From Marsupella aquatica (taxonomy: Eukaryota > Plantae > Marchantiophyta), in the NCBI GenBank assembly GCA_973895155.1, contig OZ316892.1, positions 13,265,270 through 13,329,269 on the forward strand: a DNA stretch of 64,000 nucleotides. Reading direction: 5' to 3'. The notes below the pieces were generated by a model. The model saw only the letters and a list, made by a program, of their open reading frames with translations. It made no database searches and was not told the DNA's origin. Numbering within the stretch: position 1 is the first letter of the stretch; each line of letters opens with the position of its first letter. This document shows positions 61,479 through 64,000 of the stretch, piece after piece. A program made the translations under genes and the position numbers.

Positions 61479-62752
61479 AACCTGCAGTACTTTTTGACGG
61501 TATGACAGTCAAGGCATATGGTCCACAAAAGGGCTTTGTGGATGAGGGTTCTGTAAAAAACACTAGAGAGGTAGCAGATGATGTTAGAGGAATTCATACC
61601 AAGCACGAAATACAAAGTTCTCTTGCATTATGAAAACATACAAATTTTGCTACAAACCATTTGCTTGACATTTACATCAAACAAAGTATTGCCAACATTT
61701 ATGGAATGGGATTGTTGCCCACAAAATGGAAAGTGTGCAACAAAATGATTACATAACAGACCAGCTACATGATTTCCCGTGGCTTGGAATTGAGGTTTAG
61801 TCCAACACATAAAACAAAAGTTGAACACATACAACTTCTCCTAGCCATCCAAATCACAATACTTTAGAGCCCTAACGAGGTCCTCTATAGCTTCTCCAAC
61901 GGGGTTTGCAGGTTTTTTGTCTGATAATTCACTACCCAAGCTAGAGAAGGAGGGAACACAATGCTCGCTCTAGCGGCCCTTCTTTCCTGCACATCGCCAA
62001 GTGCAGTCCTTGCATGAAACCATTTTTGAACCCCTGGAATCCATACTCAATACTCAGTTCAAACAGTTGCAGCATTGACTTTTACACTGCATGGCATAAG
62101 AATGCAACCCCTTAGACAAGAGTGAGCTTGACAATGTGACTTCACCTCAAATTGTCGAATGAATTCTCCACTTTGATCAAAGGAGTGATACTTGGATGTC
62201 AAACAGGTAAAAATGCAATTTTGGTTACGCTTGGTTGCACACCAATTTGCTTCACATTGTCATTCCCAGCCAACCTTTCCACAACTACCCCCTCACTGCT
62301 ATTGTCATATAACCAAAGCAGCAAGGCTTTGGCAGCCATGGATATTTGAATTCCTGTGTGAAAGTGGAGTCAAACAGGACAAAAACAATGTGCAGTGTTT
62401 GCCCCTATGGGCATTGCCATTGACTACAGTTCATGGGTTAAGTGCACCGGTCATGGCACAAAATTATGGGAGCTTATGGGGGTCTCTGAGACGCTCTACT
62501 GCAATCAAAAGGTACTCCCTGGCCTACAGTCTAGAGTGAAGACTCTAGAGTGAAACCTCTAGACTCTGACTTTAACAAAGGGCATGATTCAAAGTGAAAT
62601 AAAAATGAGGGATGGGGGCCAAAAAAACAAGGATGGGTGCAAAAATAATTGAAAATGAAATAACATGAAATCTTTTTTTCAAATTTTTTTCTGTCGCACC
62701 TCTATCTTCATTCAAGGAACTGGGTAATCAGGTTGCTTGTTCGTGACTAACT

Positions 62753-62815
62753 GGCTTGGGTCAGTTGGCTAGGGGATTAACCTGGAACTAAAAGGTCCCA
62801 GGTTCAATCCCTCCT
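62753..62815 (+). other. tRNA-derived segment (SINE head or pseudo-tRNA)
   Basis: A-box-like GGTCAGTTGG, variable-loop-like AGGTC and B-box GGTTCAATCC at tRNA spacing; the stems do not pair cleanly. Confidence 0.4.
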
Positions 62816-62962
62816 TGACACACAACGGTGTGGATGGTTTAAGGGTGTGGGTGGGATGGTTTTTGTGAGTAGTGGATGGGAGTTCTTTTTATTTCCTCAA
62901 CCCCTAGTTCCCTACTTTGTGTACCTGATTTAATCATCTCTCCTCCTGGTGCGGGTCCCTGT

Positions 62963-63562
62963 TGGATCATGGGGGCTCACCCTGAAATGGGTTCCCTACA
63001 AAGAATGTATGTTACTATTGTGATGGGGAGAGTCTACTAACTGTTCTTACTCATTTCCTTTCAAGACAAAAAATGCTTGTGCGTAAACAAGAAGAGGGAC
63101 AGATGTCGCTTAGTCGACACTCAACAGAGAGGTTTGTGGATCCAAGGGGGCTCACCCTGAAATGGGTTCCCTACAAAGAACATCAGTGTCACTATTGTGG
63201 TGGGGAGAGTCTACTAAATGTTTTTCAGTCATTTCCTTTCAAGAGAAAAGTTTTGTGCATAAACAAGGGACAGATGTGGATGTCGCTTGGTTGACACTCA
63301 ACATAGAGGTTTGTGGATCCAAAGGGGGCTCACCCTGAAATGGGTTCCCTACAAAGAATATCACTGTCACTATTGTAGTTCCCTACAAAGAATATCAATG
63401 TCACTATTGTGGTTCCCTACAAAGAATGTCAATGTCACTATTGTGGTGGGGAGAGTCTACTAAATGTTTTTTCAGTCATTTCCTTTCAAGAGAAAAAATA
63501 GTTGTGCATAAACGAGACGAGGGACGGATGTCGCTTCGTCGACAATCAACAGAGAGGTTTGT
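62963..63562. repeat. About 175-bp tandem repeat (3 units) with internal 30-bp sub-repeats
   Basis: Units begin TGGATC..GGGGGCTCACCCTGAAATGGGTTCCCTACAAAGAA near 62963, 63137 and 63314; the third has extra GTTCCCTACAAAGAA...GTCACTATTGT copies. Confidence 0.85.
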
Positions 63563-64000
63563 GAGTAAGCAGATACCTGCCTCGACTAATAACGAAAGCT
63601 ATCTGTGCCTGTGAGTACAATACTAGTAGAGGGACGATTGGACGAACGAAGGCTGGCTGGTTCGTGGAATTCGTCCCTCCCCCATCTCCCGGAGCACGAT
63701 TTGAGCCGATGCATCTCACTCACGAGAGGGGAGTAGTAGACGGCAATTGACGGGACTGGAAAAGCAACGCATACCGGAGAAGCAGGAGGGGGAAAGTAGG
63801 GAGATTGCTGTGACCGGACAGAGCATTTTTTTTCCACGACGGAATTGTTCTCGCTCGCAGGATACTTTGCTCCATTGTCAATCGTGCATTGCAGTGCAGT
63901 TCAGAGCGGTGTCTCTGGTGTGGGAAACGAGCTAGGCTAGCTACTGAAACAATTTTCTGAATCTGGATGAGGTAGGGTTTGCCGCCTAAAGAACACCTGG

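Noticed and set aside
62963-63562. CRISPR-like repeat-spacer array
   Set aside because: The intervening sequences are themselves repeated, there are no cas genes, and the context is eukaryotic.

Overview
Land-plant nuclear DNA, probably bryophyte-grade (liverwort-like; the taxon is an inference). A central gene block (17.5-34.8 kb) holds a 5-exon GUN1-type PPR-SMR gene, a 6-exon gene fusing the ASC-1/TRIP4 C2HC5 zinc-finger protein to an ALKBH1-type 2OG-Fe(II) dioxygenase, an intronless NudC/NUDT19-type NADH pyrophosphatase and a plastid-type bacterial-PH-domain membrane protein. The flanks are transposon-rich: three Ty1/copia elements (one intact, two nested), a copia gag remnant, a Gemin2 gene fragment, MITEs, a PIF/Harbinger remnant and tandem duplications. 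The standout is a 10.1-kb minus-strand Ty3/gypsy-type element (4085-14232). Its pol carries a Dnmt3-like C5 cytosine methyltransferase between protease and RT, and a PHD finger after the DDE integrase. Instead of two ordinary LTRs it has split (permuted) direct repeats, B-internal-A-B-A, with a self-complementary non-tRNA primer site. It sits inverted inside a solo B-A unit of its own family. Coordinates and mismatch counts were read by eye.
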